Positions 22,943 to 38,500 of a stretch of DNA of 64,000 bases are shown here, in pieces. The stretch is from Balanoglossus misakiensis (taxonomy: Eukaryota > Animalia > Hemichordata). The notes beneath the pieces are model-generated. The model did no database searches, was not told the DNA's origin, and saw only the letters and a program-made list of their open reading frames with translations. The number at the start of each line of letters is the position of its first letter. The first letter of the stretch is position 1. The position numbers and the translations under genes were made by a program. Location of the stretch: positions 4,144,783-4,208,782 of the forward strand of contig CM082580.2 of NCBI GenBank assembly GCA_040954595.2, written 5' to 3'.

Positions 22943-25900
22943 GTAAGTGACTTTGTTCCCATTGACCACTTTTATAGATTCAGTTATCTCACATTTGATA
23001 AGAAACATGGCCCCGCTCTTGTTTTTCGTGAAAATATGGTTAACTTAAGGTTTGGTTCTGATATTGTCACGAGAGTAAGAGTTGGTGTCTAATTAGGAAT
23101 GGAAAATATAGCTCTACCTACACTCACGTGTATACCAACAAAATCTATAAAATATCGGTGAAATATTAACAAAACAATGAAACATTCGCTTGTGTTAATT
23201 TGAGAAATAATCTTTACATCTACGATATAAATTCGTGCTTATTACACTTTTTAATGCAGGATGACATGCGCCAATGCTATTTTAAACCAATTAAATAAAC
23301 TGACTAGCTAATGATATGCGCGGCTGTTGTACATTTCAACATATCGTTTACAAACCCTCATAATTTTCCTTCCAATCTAACAGTACCTTCGATTTAATCT
23401 CGCAGCAACCAGCTTTATCCAGGGAAGCATGTTGTTCATGAGAAGTTACTTGTAAGCCAATAAACTCTGGTAGCAAGTGTAGCAAGTTGGACTGTTGTCC
23501 GCAATTTACAGCTGCCAAAAGTCGAGAGGAAATGTTGTCATTCGTATCATATACACAGATAAAGCAGATTCGCCAAACTGACTGTATTTGTTTTATTTCG
23601 TGGTTGAATATAAAAGTCTTGGTGACTTTATAATTATTATGAAACATAATTTGACATTCCAATGTCCCGACTCCATTTGAGTCCTATTAACTCTACTTTT
23701 GTGATATTCGAAGTTGACGCGAAGTGTCAGTGTGTACAGATTAGTGACCAATCAAAACAGCATCACCGAATTCATTGGAATGTACAGAAACAAGCAAAAG
23801 AACAGGACAGTGTCACGTGGTCCAAGTATTCCCTGGAATTCCCAAGGTTTATCTATCTAGCCTCTGTATAGACAGAACCAAACACAAGCCGTTTATGATT
23901 ATGTGGAAATTGCAATTCGTGATCAGAAAATATTCTGTGTGTTCCCAAAAAACGGATGCATCTAAAACTGGGCCATGTCACCAAAGCTGTTACGTAATAC
24001 TTTTCAAACAAGCATCGATGCTAGCATTTTACCAGAACTAACGAATTACTTGATTATCTGCCCAAGGGTGTCATATTCTGGCGTTTGAGTTTGACTGTAA
24101 AGAGTTGGACCGCGTTGACGTCGTAAGTGTACCTTAAAGTATCACAATATTTCAGAGTAAAAGAATTCTAAAATTTTTAACTACTAATTTCTATAAATAG
24201 AAATGAACTTTGCAATTAGGCGGTTTATTAACCGACAGCTGCTATAAGTATTAAGGCGTGACATAACTTAAGTTTACGAAGAAATGGTCACATACGGCCC
24301 CTCCACGGGTAATAGAACGTTAGACGATCCGCACATTACGACGTTGGTGTTTTAGTCAGTGCACGTGTTTGTGTACAGTTCTCTGTTGTGTTCTCAACTA
24401 TGAACATGAAATAAAAGTTTGCATTACCTGAATAGAAACCTTTATATTTCATATTAGTGTCAGCATGTTTAACATGTAGCGATTCTCAAACACAAAATAT
24501 GCAAATTGAGACATCCATTACGTAATGATGCCAGCATATTTCGATAAAATTGATGATGTTTTGATGATGTGCTTTCGTTTAGAGCGGTTGTTAATATACT
24601 TCATTTATTCAATAACACCCTATTTTTGGACGTCATCTTCATCCCGAAATGTGTTTTGCTTGCCAAGGTGGCAACGCAGGACCTGTGAAAATTGTTTGCA
24701 ACCCGAGTGCCACGCGCGCGCTGGGGACCCCACGAAATATGAACTTTTCTGTAGTTTGTTCGAAACCGGAAAACGACTACAAATTTGGGATAAAATCTTA
24801 TTTGTCATTACAGCATTAAAATAATTTAACTACGGGAGTCGATATCGCTTTTCAGTAGTTAATATCTAAACAGCCTTGAAAGCGACTATTTTTTAGGTAC
24901 CCATTCTCATTTTTTCATTGTAAAATATATTCAAATCACACGAAGCCATCTCAATCCAACAATAATTCCCGACGTGCGTATACATGTACTTTATTGGCAT
25001 AAAACATATACATTTTGTTGTAGATGATTTGAGTCACGCATGAAAACGTTTCGATTTCATATTCGCTTCAAAAAAGGTTAGAAAGTGGGTATGTGAATAT
25101 TTTTGAATATCAATTTTAACCGACATATAATGCTGAGTGCAAATGAATAAAAGAGAACAGAAATAGAACCTGTCGATTTCAGAGGATATTATTTCACATG
25201 AAAGAGCATGAACATACGGAATATCATCATGTCAGAAAATATATTTAAACCCATGACGCTGCACCTTTTGTTACTCGGACAATAACCGTATGCAAATTGC
25301 AAAGTTTGACATCAATTGTCATGCATGTATGTACCAGCATTATTGTGCCCGCTTCTGCTGGCGTCACTAGCCAATAAACAGAGCAGGCCTATTTATGCCA
25401 TGGCAATATGACCACACCATTTTTCTGACATTCCGCGTATGTTTGCTTGGTTGTTATTTTCTCTGCCATATTGGTGTACACAAGCGGCTTATGTGTCTGG
25501 AGTGACCTCACTTTAGTCGAGTAGTCGCGCTTGGCGTATATGATGACGCGGCAGCGTTCGACGATGTTTAGAACGTACGTGAGTACTCCTAAAACTGAAA
25601 TGTATGATAACAATGTTCAATTCTGTCGAGAATAGTTTCAGTAACCAGCATTTTTTAAGAAAAATTATATAATTTGCTCATCATCAGTAACCACAAAATG
25701 GTTTCACCGACGAAATTTTGATTTTATTTTTCGAACGACGAAATTTGACATCGTTATTTTTCGTTTATTTTTGGCTACCCTGGTTCACAACAGTCGATGC
25801 AGGTTTATCAATCTCTGTCAATGATCTACTTCTATAGTCTTACGTCATCTATTGTCATGATTTCATTTTCATAAGAGGTGAGAGAGGACACTAGAAGTGT

Positions 25901-26166
25901 GAACGGCGTGAAAGAATGCATCTTCATAAAGCATTCTAGTGTGGCTACTAGTATTGTTCTTGTATTGCGTCCCCGAAAACCTGTCCTCTCCAACAATGCG
26001 ACACCAGAGACCAACTCGACAGTAATTGGGTTAATTAGAATAGAATTGGTTAATTGCACTTCCATTAATTTGCTGCCGTTTGGTTCTCCGCAGGAAACGA
26101 TAGGATAACCGGAGCAAATAATAATCACAGCGAGCAAGGACCACCTGTTGATTTAACCCAAATGAA

Positions 26167-26588
26167 ATGGCGATGTCTCGTGAACGAGATTACCGTGATC
26201 ACGACTACCACGACCACAGATTATCGCCGCGCCGCGGACTCGGAGACCGACAGCAGCGCCGCGGCAAACAGCAAGAGCAACCCGATCACGCCATAGACGA
26301 GCTCTTCGAAGCGTGTGACTTGGATGGCAGCGGATACATCGAGGAAGGAGAGCTGGCGAACATTTGCAGCGAGTTGAGCCAGGATGAGATACACGATGTC
26401 TTCCGCGAGTTGGATCGCGACAAGGACGGACGCATCAGTATCCAAGACTTCTCCGAGGGATTCCAGAGTGTCAGTGAGACTCTGCTCTCGCTGAGTCGGC
26501 GGAAACGTCGACTGCAGAGCCAGAACTCCTTCGGGGAATTGGACGCTTTTATGGCCAGACTGGGGACGGGCTTTGAATATTTAAACTG
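26167..26588 (+). CDS. RASEF: RASEF EF-hand exon A
   Basis: EF loops [12 protein letters not shown] and [12 protein letters not shown]; phase-2 donor TG|gtaagt; upstream acceptor ...ctccgcag ends at 26093. Confidence 0.85.
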
Positions 26589-29500
26589 GTAAGTAACTCC
26601 AAACTCTCAGCGTTTCTATGTGCGCAAGTATGTGACTATCAACAGTAGTCACATCTCACTTGCAACTTAAGTTTGACCCAATACATGTACAACCGAGATT
26701 TTGCCATAAACGAAGCAACTTCAGAAAATGAACATAATTCGAGCGTGCCACAGAAATTTATATAGGCATCCCTGACAAATTTTCACAATTGTTTGAGATA
26801 CAATTGCATCACTCATTACAAGAGGGTGAAGATAACATTAACAACAACAAACACTATCCACCCACCTTTCTTGTTTTCACTCGAGTACTATTGGGTATTC
26901 GCCATATTGATGCAGTATGGGAATGACGTCAAAACTAAGCAACCACAAATAAATAAATAAACAAATAAATAAATAAATAATTTAATAAATAAATAATTTA
27001 TAAATAAATAAATAAACATTACCCACTCTTACTCTACATAAGTAAAAAATTGTCTTTAATATTTTTTTTTAAATATTTTTTATGTGGTATACAATATGAT
27101 ATATGTCGCAAAGAATCACTGATTAATATGTCACGTGCATTGATGCAATATGTTAAAGGAAATTATTTATTGCTTAACGAGAGCGCACAAAACAATCACA
27201 AATTTAATCCCTTCAAATATATTCATTTAATTGAGCAACATACAGCAATATTCTAATCTATCCACAATATATTTTTTATATTTCTCTTGTTTACTAATAA
27301 ACCTGAAAATTCCACACTACAAGTTCGTTGTCATCTATAAGGACAACCAGTGCGCCACCAAGGGATGAAGCCTCTTGGTATCTTCGTCTCTCCCAGAAAA
27401 TGTCGCTTTTTCTCGAGGAAAAATTCAAACAGAAATATGTTTTTTTTTTATTGCCATCGGCGAACATAATCCAACGAGGCATTGGAAACATGGTAACATA
27501 TGGCATCGTTAAAAACCCATGATGACATCGCTACCCTTGGTAGACTGTTAGATGCGCGCATGTGCAGAAGTTTGTCCTTTGTTCAAATGGAATACCTATG
27601 TAGGTTAACAGAAACTATGACGATGTGTTTTAGAAAAGTGTCTAGCAATTGCAAGTTGTCACGTGATTAGGCCTAAGGGAATAAGCCGGCAATACACATG
27701 TGTTAGAATTCACCATATTTTTTTCTTGGATTAGAGAACAAAATGATCTGAAACTGTCAACAAACGGCTAATCATAAAAAACTTGACTACCAGAATGATG
27801 CAATTTGACTAAATTTAGAAATTTATCACCTGCTGATGGAAAGATATCTACACCCCTTAGGCTGCTGAATATTTTTCGCAAACATTAATTAATTTCGAAA
27901 TATTTGAATGACTGAACATATCTTTGAATGATTGAATCCGAAAAGAGTTTTTTGATCTTATGTTAGAATGTCATACGCGCTCGTCCATATATCTTGTTCT
28001 GTGCCAGCGATACCCTAGAATTCTAGACGCAATATGGTTGCATCGAAATGGGAATACACCCGCTGTTAGTTAATTATCAACGAACCGATAAACGCGTGTA
28101 ATAATAATCACACTACAAATTCAATTACTCACCTATAGAGATTTATCATTAACTGAAGTGTCAGACACTTCTATGGGGGCCATTCAATTCTACCGTCGGT
28201 GGTAGATCCAAAATGAAATAGCGAGTTTACTGGTGTTTAAAAGCCATAATTAACATATTTATAACTTAAATACATGGATAAACTGAAGTCAATATAATAT
28301 ATTTACGATCTGTCATTTTGGTGAAATTTATGTGGTGGTATTGATTGTCCGCTGCTAGAAGCTTTATCATGAACCCATTAGATTTAGAAACATGGCGTTT
28401 CGTTGAATGCAGGTTGTTTTTTTGTAGATTGAAATAATTATGTACGATTATTTTTAAAGTAATGACATCGTCGCTGTTTTCATGGAATGTTTCAACTTAA
28501 GCAAAGGTTTACAGTGAAGTTGTTAAAAGTGAAAAAAATAAAACAATATACGCAATAACGTACTGATATTAAGAGTCTCCATTTCAACAATAGAAAGTTT
28601 TAGTCATAAGGCGAGATTGATATTATTTTGTATAAATCGTATGTCTGACGCCATGTTGGATATATTACCTAGGTAACAGGTTTATGTTTCATCGGTAGGC
28701 AGTCGCTGGACCCCTGTTATCTCTGTCAATTGATTACATGCACAAGTTTAACTGCACGGACTGGAATTTAATGTTATTATCCGAGTCACAAAAGCTCTAC
28801 ATGTAGCTGTCTGTGTTGAATATCCGATACAATCGAGGACAGTGGCGGTCATCACAATTATGTCCGTGTTGTTTCGCAGAAAAAAAACTGATTTCGAAGG
28901 TTAAGGTCAATAGAGAATGTTGACAAGGGTGACAGTGTTTGTCACGAACATGTAATATGATGCGTTTTTGTCGATCAAATAAGGATTTCTCTGGGAAACA
29001 ATTTGTGTGTTGGAGGGAATTGTTGTTGTTGTTTTTGTTGTGTGGTTTTTTTTTTTTGGGGGGGGGGGGAGGGGGCTGAATTCAGTGCACCCAGATGCCA
29101 CAGAAGGAAAGCAAAGAAAACCTCTGTCTGTGGAAAAACATTAAACCTCTGTCTGTGGAAAAACATACTCAAAGTATATTCCATAAACGGACTCACGAGA
29201 CAGGTTTGCAGCAAATAGAAATGCCAGCACGCGCAGTACCCGTATTCTTCGAAATTGGGTTATACCCCGACAATTTTCGGAAACATTGTCTGGTGGCATT
29301 TTTGGCATCCAAAAAGTTATTTCTTCTCCCGTTAAGTATAATGTTTATTTTGACGGAATGATTAATAGTTCAAGTAGCCGGAAGGTTGCTGAAAAGCGTA
29401 TATTTTTATCAGTGAGGATCGGGTTTTCAAAATGTTTTGACACGTCTGATATTACGGGAGGCGATCGTATAAGCGAGGCTAAAATAGCATGAACTCGCCA

Positions 29501-32500
29501 ACTAATAAAGTGCTGGTTGTGGGATTGATACGTTTAAAATAGAATAATTCGGTACATCCAAAATAGCGCTTACCAATGACGAATATGATAGCTGCCTTTT
29601 CCTATTAAAAATGTATTCCGATAGTCTTTTGTTAAGGATTTTGATTCTCAAACGTATTTTCACCATTTCTCTTTGTAAACTACGCGTATATTTCACACAC
29701 ATACACACATGCATACCCACACATGACGTAATGTTGTTTATATGTATTCAACAAGTGTCATCTGTCACAGCTGAGGAACAAGATTTGTAACTCTAGAGAT
29801 CGCTCGCGCTCAAATTCGTGTATTTTTACTCCCTTTATGATGTCATATGTGACGTGCCACCTCGACCTTTTTATGTGAAAGCCTGGAACATATGCTACCA
29901 ACGACGTCACGATTCGCTGTTTTTTTTTTCTCTCTCTCTCCCTGGCATGCAAATCTGAAACGCCGTTTGTCATCGCGCACTAGACCCTTTAGGTCAGTTA
30001 TGAAATACTGGTATCGAGGGCTTGGCGTGGTCGTTTGTTTAGCTAGGCAAACGTTTGTCGAGTTAGGGTGTATACAAATGAATCTAGACAACACGCATAT
30101 CAGTGAAAAGGTACAGATATGTCGGCGGCCTTTCAACGGGTGAGAATATGTAGCGCACGGGGGACCGACTAACCCTCATTCCGTGAAAGGGGAGGGTTTT
30201 TTCACACCAGGGACAAACATGCCACTATGACTGAAGAACGGATTGAGAAATTATTCTTAGCGTGTGATCTAAACCGCAGTGGATACATCGAGGAGGAGGA
30301 TTTCCGGGCTCTGTGCGCCGGGGACTTGGCACTTAAGGATGACGAGTTTGACCAACTTTTTCGTGAACTCGATCGAGACGGCGACGGAAGGATTAGTCTA
30401 GCTGATTTCACCAAAGGATTCGAGAGCGCGCAGGATCTCTTTTTCGGCGACGGAATCGTTGCCAGCCCCAATGGCCAGGCGGCGAGCCGACATTCCTCGG
30501 CCGGCGACGTGGCCTGGCAGTCGTTCTACTTCGACTATGGCAAAGAACTCAGCCTGTTATCAAGGTAATAACGGTAATCACTTTGTTGAACTTTTCAACC
30601 CGTCGCTGGAACTTTAAAATACTCTCACGGCGAAACATTTACGTCCACTCACTTCGCGTGGCAATCCAAACGCTTGTAGCTGCATAAATAATTAATATTG
30701 ACTGTATACACGCAGCGGCGTCGTTTCGACCGCAGGTATGTTTGCCAAGCCAACATGAAAAATTTAGTGTCAGAAAAAAGATGAGGGCATATTAATACCA
30801 AAAGCTATTTTGACATCCAAGTCGCTTGGTTCACACAGTGAGATATTTTCATAACTTGTGTGTGCACTTCTCAATATGTAATGCGAAATGTGTTACATAT
30901 TTCTGAATGTAAAACAGTCGACAAACTTCAGTGGCATCGATTACACGAACAGTTCTATGCGAACTATTGTATTGCCGGGGATTTGCGCGAACAAATCAAT
31001 TAGACTTTGTTTTTGGTTACCCGTTATACTGCAAAACCCTCAACCACTGCCTCGAAATGCGAAGACCATCCAAAATACTGTGATTAAAATTATTTAAATT
31101 AAGCCGCACGCGCCAATGTTTTTGTGTCAAAATTCCCATCTCCAGATAAAGATCACATGGTCTGTCGTTAATTCCACATGAAAATTTTGTCGATACTTAA
31201 GGAAAATATTATCATCATTAGGCCTATATATAGTCATATAGCAAAATACCAGACAGAGAATACAAGTAAGACGAAAATATACGATTTACAGCGTTATAAC
31301 ATCAACTAGACTGTCACCATATGTCAGAAAAATCATGGGTCACAGAATACGCGATACAGGTATCTCTACTTCCATGTCAACCCGCAGTATGCGATCGATA
31401 GCAAAATAGTTGTTGGTATGGTTGTCGAGGGGGTGTATTCACAATGTAGCGATAACAAAGAAGTAAGAAGAGAGGGACCGTCATATTTCACCGCGGTTTT
31501 TGCTTTGAGTCCTTGTGGCGTGACCAGAGGCACAATGCACGGCCACTTTGCGCATTGAAACACGGCGGCATAATTAGCTGTCGTAGTAGACTGGAACCAC
31601 GCTTTAAGCTGATATATTCTCTTTGTAAAAAAATATTCATCAGTAAAGTCAATCTCTGTAAGAACATACCGTATACTTGTAAGATTATCTGTCGTAATGC
31701 ACTTTAACGTTGCTACACCAAGCATCAGGTACCTCGCAAATTTATTATCAGCGCTTCAGTTTGGGTTTCGATGACGTCATGCGGTATCTGTCCTGGCTGA
31801 CATAATTCATGCCATAAAAATGACGACGAGCACATTTGGCCATTGCTACTGCATATTGATGGATATTGACATGTATAATATCTTTGAATGACAACTACTT
31901 GACCGTAGTTACTTTTAATAAAACGTTACAAGATGTCTGTGTTTACCCGCGGAAATCACCTCTAGACGGCTGTTGATTCAGAAACGAATCAACGAGCCAT
32001 TAGATAGCTTTAATAGCCATCAACAACGTTTTGCCGGAATCGAATGTGATTAAGTCACATAATTGTATTAAAATGTTGATTAAATAAAGCAAATATCTTA
32101 AACATGAACTGTTACATAATGTACTGTGATAAATCCAAATAAATCCATTAGTTTATTTGACAGTTTTACGACTAAAAGACTCCTGAGAACGGTTTACGGC
32201 ACAGCGAACAGCTAAACTTATAATGACATTTATTAATGGCCGACAAAAAGAACATCGTTCGTTTTATAATGGATCCCAACTGGAGCTCGCCCGTCGTTTT
32301 CCGATGCCCCCTGGCTAAAAACAGGGTCAATTTGTCACGTGACAGCCAGTTAAATTTATGCGACATCGACGGTGAATTTTCACAAAGGAGCTCACATCTT
32401 AATGTCGCGATGTTTCAAAATTCACCTCAGTGTGCGTTCGTCACTCTGGTAATGGCTGAGTGAGTGTAGTTCGCGTACATGGCGTAGCTTAGTCTATATT

Positions 32501-35500
32501 GGATTTACATGCAATTACATTTGAGGGAATGCGTGTCCGTACATGTCCCAACCACTCTATTCAACCAGTTGTTCAGCCAGACCTAATTTTGATAAAATCT
32601 CGCAGTCACGTGCCAGTGTAATCGCACAATGCAGAAAGTAGGGTCCCGCAGGATAAACTTTTAGAGTAGTCGTTATAAATTGACAGGTGAAAAATAGCGG
32701 CTATAATATAGCCCGGGCGACAAACAGCGACCAACCCAAGTATTTGTTCACCTATTCTTTATATTATGTACACATTGAAAGTCGATTGAATGCCCTTGTG
32801 CATGATATTGGAGCATTGCCAAAGGCGATCCAGGTACTCTGACTGGCGACCTTTCGTTAATTTAGCAAAGTCAACATTGTCACGAATAAATTTGGATCCT
32901 TGAAATCAACCTGCAATGTCCACTTTTTCCAAGCTTGGAACAGGAACGGAGCTTTCGGTTTTATACATTATATTTTTTTGAACCTGCCCGACATAATACT
33001 TTCCCGTTATACCAAATGCACGATTCACACCCGCCCTCGGAAGTTTCTTTTCTATTCCGTTTATCTAAATTCAGTCTGGATTCACCAACTTGCATGTAAT
33101 TAATTAATCAACGTGAAACCAGAACATTCCTCAATTATTAAACGTTTGTAAAGTTAATGCTCTTTCAAGAGAGATTTCACAGGTGAATGGAGACAATGGA
33201 GACGCCTAGGCTTTAGAATTGGGGTTTAACTGAGAAATCCTCTTTCAAATTGAAGTTACAGTAATACGTAAAGTTGGCTAAATGGTAGCCATAACGCGAT
33301 TGAACGCTCAAATTGTGAGGACGTCGAATGGGGTAGATTTTGGTGGTGCCTTATGGGGTTACAATGTCATACATATTTATATCAAAATAATTTTATTTTC
33401 TACTAAAATGTATTTATCTTTTTATTTGAAAGTGTGATCAAGTAAGCTTACTCTACATATTCCGCATTGTTCTGTGTGCGATAACTAGTTTGAAAGTTGT
33501 AAGCTGACAGTTGTGTTTTACTGGGAAAAACTGGAAACAATATTTGCGATATTTGACCACAACACATTCAAATCTATTGACAACCCGAAGCCATTTAATT
33601 ACACACGATCCAGATAATTGTTTAATAAAATACGATCATTTCAATGCCATATCTTAAATCGGCGAACTTGTTAAATTTGTTAACTGTGTTTAATATATTT
33701 ATCCATCCACGAATAATAAACAACCCCTTTTATTTATAAATAACTTTAATGATCATTTCGTCTGTTGAGGTCAGTCTATATTTACATCGTAGTATTTTGA
33801 AAACAGGTGGTATTTCATTTTTGCCATCGGTATCGGAATAATCGCAGCCAAGACAAGAGCTTGTTAATAATCGCGAAAGAAATATGCATCGTGCTTCTGG
33901 ATTCATCGGATAACACCCTTTTGAATTTTAACTGATTCGAAAATAAACCCGATGCACTCGTCACGGTGTTATGAAATGCAATATGAGGTAAACAAACTGG
34001 GAGTGGAGATATTTCTGACTATTTATCTTATTACGTTATATATCATGGGATCACGTTCCACCCGATGCAATCAAGCACCCCGGAAACATCCACGTCATCA
34101 CATCATTTGAGTTCGATCAGACAGTGGCTATTCCGAGTTCAAAACGTTGAATTTCAACAGCGCAATGTACCAGAATAGAAATACTCTATAAACAAATGAA
34201 TCTCAAATTGTACACAGCTATATGACCTTGCGTATACGATCACCAATACCAGAAAATTAAGCGGAATATCGGATTCCCAGTTACCATTTTACTTGAGGTT
34301 GTCTCAGTGGCTGTTTGTATAAAAATGACTTTTCAAATCCGGGTCTGAGAATCCAAAACTCTGACAAAAGTAGGTTGCATAAAATCACCTTTAAGAAGTG
34401 CAGTTCTGTCGTCATCGTTCGCGTACAGGCGACCGTACGCGTCACCCCGGGAAACGACAAGACCGGGAAAAAAGTTGCTATTGTTTATTTCCCACGCCTT
34501 AAAGGGATGGGACGACGAGGATAGGACTTCCGTTCTCTGCAATCATCGGAATGTTCCTCAGGAAGTAAGAGATCACCGCTTCAAGAAACGCGGCACACAA
34601 TTTCGATTTCATCTCCCCGACAACAAAAACGCACGCACTTATATTCCAACGCATTTGCAATACCGGTATAAATCTATCAGCGTGATATCTTTCTGTCTAA
34701 TTCCACAGCGCTGCTGGAAATTTTTTGATTCCCCGGAGCGATAATTTTTTTCGTTTCCATGGCAATGAATAGAGCTCTGTTTTTGCTACCGATTATACTT
34801 TGAACTGATGTTATTTATTTAAATTTAAAATATGGTATGTTATATAGTGAGCAGCTGTGACAGGTTTGTCCATAATTGTAGAATATCGGGATGGGAGTGA
34901 ATTTCGAATTTGCCTCCTCAGGCGTCGCTCGGCAACCCGTCGTTCCCTACCTACTGCATCTTCAGGGGCTTGCCACGTCACAGTGGACAGTTTGCACGCG
35001 GTGACTAGTCCGAGGGCCCTGGATGTGTCAAAATCCGACTCGAAGAATTGATGTGTCGGTTCCACAAATTAGGCCGCCATATTGGTCGCCATATTTGGAG
35101 TTTCTGTGACCTTTAAATGAAACTGGTCATTAAAACAAAACGGCTCATACAAGTTGTATCAGTCGAGCATTCTTTGCTTCAAAATGACTATAGTCTGTGT
35201 GCATGACTTGAACTTAAAAAAACTTCACAGATTCCGCTTATGATGATTTCAGTAGGGAGGAAATGTACGTTGACATTTGAGAATATCCACGCTTCAATAA
35301 AATGGTCGGATTTATCACTTCTGAAAAAGGACAGTCATATTGATGTCACAAGTTTCTCAGAATCGATCCACACACGCGACATATGCATCAATGTATGAAC
35401 GTCAATGGACTTTATGATGCAGAACATAAAGTGATATATATTTTTAAATTAATAATCGAAAAAAAAACATCAGTGAAACCAAGGTGCCACAACGTTCCAC

Positions 35501-38500
35501 GAGTTGCATAACTTGCTCTTTTATTTTAAAATATATAAATTAGTCACGTGACCATTCGTTTGACTGTTCATTTAAAATACTATGAAAACGACACGACCTA
35601 ATTTTATGTCTAGAGTATGAGCTGTCAGCCTTGGCCATTTCGACGAGGTTAATTTTCGGATTAAACTTACCGAATCTATACCAGCAACATATGGTTACAG
35701 CATTACCATCAATCATGTGTAACAGGCTATGCAAATATGCAAAACAATGACGTATAGGCCTACATTGACATATTCGGCTTCAAACAAAAATGGCAACCAT
35801 ATGCATCGCATCGCTCTTTAATTAATCATATAGTAGTGATGTAAATGTGTTTTGAAAGTACAGAATGAAACCAGAATTCTTGAACAAAGCGATCTGAACA
35901 CAGTCCGGTCATCAAACGCACTGTGTGTATTTGAAGCTACCTAAGGGGTCCATTCATAGAAACCGTATCGAACTTCGTGATCACCACAACTAGATTTGTC
36001 TGGGGGAACAATGGATGCTATTCACGGGCGAAAGTTGGATTTATTATTTCGTATCAATATTCTGTATTGAGTGACACGTATATTTGCTGTAGCGTGTAAT
36101 TGAAATTTGTAAGGATAAAAGGGAAGGATATTGCATGTGTGTACTTAGCTAAAATCGGTCTAATAAGTATCGTTATTTGCCTTTCAATCACCCGCAATTT
36201 TCCTTGAACACGGAAGTCGGAAGTTTATTCTCTCTCCTTTTCTGGTTTCAAAAGGCCGTTTTTATAACAGAGATGAACACAATACATGTACATGTGTGTC
36301 CAATGATAAAATTTCAAAAAAACATGTGTCTTCCTGAATAGTGGAATGCACAAGGACGGCAGTTATTATGTCTGAACATCAATGATACAAAATGCATGTA
36401 AGAACGCTGTTCAGTGTAGACAAAGGACAGAATGTGAAACTACACGCGCAGGTTGTTACCCCGCCTCATTACTATATGTTGAAAGAAGTACAGCACACAT
36501 TTTGGCTTCAGATATTGGGTGGAACAACCTCATGTAGAGAGACAGTGAGATGGGCACAGAAGAGTAGACAATGCATGGGCAATATTGAGTAGGCTGGAAC
36601 AAAATTGGCGGGAAATCGTTCGACATCTTTAGGGTAAAATTCATTAGTCGTTTTTAGCCAGATTTCAGAACAGTCTTGTTGCCTACAGTGCCGGGTTTGG
36701 TGACATTTACGTGCATTTGAGTTGAAAATGACATCCATACATGTCTTTTTCATTGCCCGTATTTCGAATGAGGCGCACGACAAATAATTGTTTGTCGCAC
36801 GACAAAAATTTGTTTGTCACACGACAAAAAATGAACAAGTTTCTTATTTTGGAAAACTAGAAATTATGAGCCCTGACCTCAGATACACGATATTCATGTC
36901 GCACCAGCTGTTGCCAGGAGTCCGTAACAATATTTATGGTACGACAGAAGCACATATATAAAGAACCCATTTTTACAAAGATGTATTTTGAAAAGATTAA
37001 AATGTTTGGCAACGGCTTTTTCACAAAACCGGTGTAAATCAAGGCTATGGCTCATAATGGCTGTAACATATGTCTTTGTTACGGGAACTGATGAGTGTTG
37101 AAAAATACCAAACCTGTTGCTCCGAGCCTGGTATGCAGGATTAAACTATGGCGATACATTCATCTAACTGTCGTATGTTCGATTTACATATATATATATA
37201 TAAATTTAGAAAAACAATATTTTGTCTGCGAAAATGATCAACAAATGTCAAGTCTTTTTATTGGATGATATGATACCAGACAGATGTAAATAAAATTAGT
37301 ATAAACGGCGAAATATTTGTTGTCTCGAAAGTTTTGCTTAGCAGCAACATATTTAATTAGTGAACGTTATTCTCACTGTGAGTTTAAATGTGTTACATGC
37401 ACGCCAGTTAATAAACGTATCGGTGGAAACCATGGATTTTCACTAACAAGAAACAGCTTCTTAGTTTAGTGTAGTATTTCAAAATAGTTGAAAATTAGTA
37501 TAATAGAGGCAAATATATGCATCTTGCAGTCAGTATCAGTTGGGACAGTCGCTAACGACACTTTAAAATCGTAAATTTTGAAGTCGGTTTGTATGCAATT
37601 GGAAATTCGAAATACGTGTATACGTATTGGTGTATTAGTCGACACGCCCAGTGATAAACCCAAAACAATCGTCACGTGACTTATTGTACAAAATTAAAAA
37701 TAGTTAAGTGCTAGCCTATCACGTGCTCAACCTTATTTTTACAGAGGTTTCAAGTTATTTATGTATGCAATTATATTTTGAAATGGTTCAACCATTCATG
37801 TATAAGTTAAAGAACGAACAACGTTTTTTCTCTCATTTTTCATCATGCTATGTAATCCAGTTCGAATTATTGCTTTTATATATTTGCCTCTCTTATTGTG
37901 CTGTCGGAAAACCATCATGTCGAAATACTATCAAAACAACTCCGGAAACGATTAAAAGTGTAAAATATATTCGATGAAAATCAAATTTAGGTCAACATTT
38001 TTTCAAAACATTCTCTGCTTCCGTTTAAATATCAAGGATTACAGCACAAACGGTATCAGAAATACATCAGAGACAACATATGGTTGATTTCACCGCCGTT
38101 GGGGGACTGAACGGCTGTCTCCATTGTTCCCGGTTCCCGCGCTAATTCATCTTCTTTTCTCTCACTGACAGCCAAGAACACGTATGTGAGTTGTATCAAC
38201 AACTGCAGGCATCAGAAGTACCACAGTTAATAGCACTCTTTGAAACCATCATTCTGGGAGTCGCCAAAGACCTGAAATCCCAACATTCAGAGGTCAATAG
38301 ACTGGAGAAAACTCTGCGCAGGTATGTACGCATTTATCTATACTAGTATTTATCATTTCCAGTCGCGTGGGGGCGCTGCATCCGCTCCCCATTCGAAAAT
38401 CCTATGACGTGTGGTGTTCAGTCGTTTTAATTTACATGAACTACATACTCTTAGTATGGGCGTATTTGAGCCGAAATCTGTGTTTCTGTGTGCAGGTCGA

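Noticed and set aside
36775-36830. Short palindromic repeats resembling a CRISPR array
   Set aside because: No unique spacers and only ~2.5 adjacent copies, in a eukaryotic intron.
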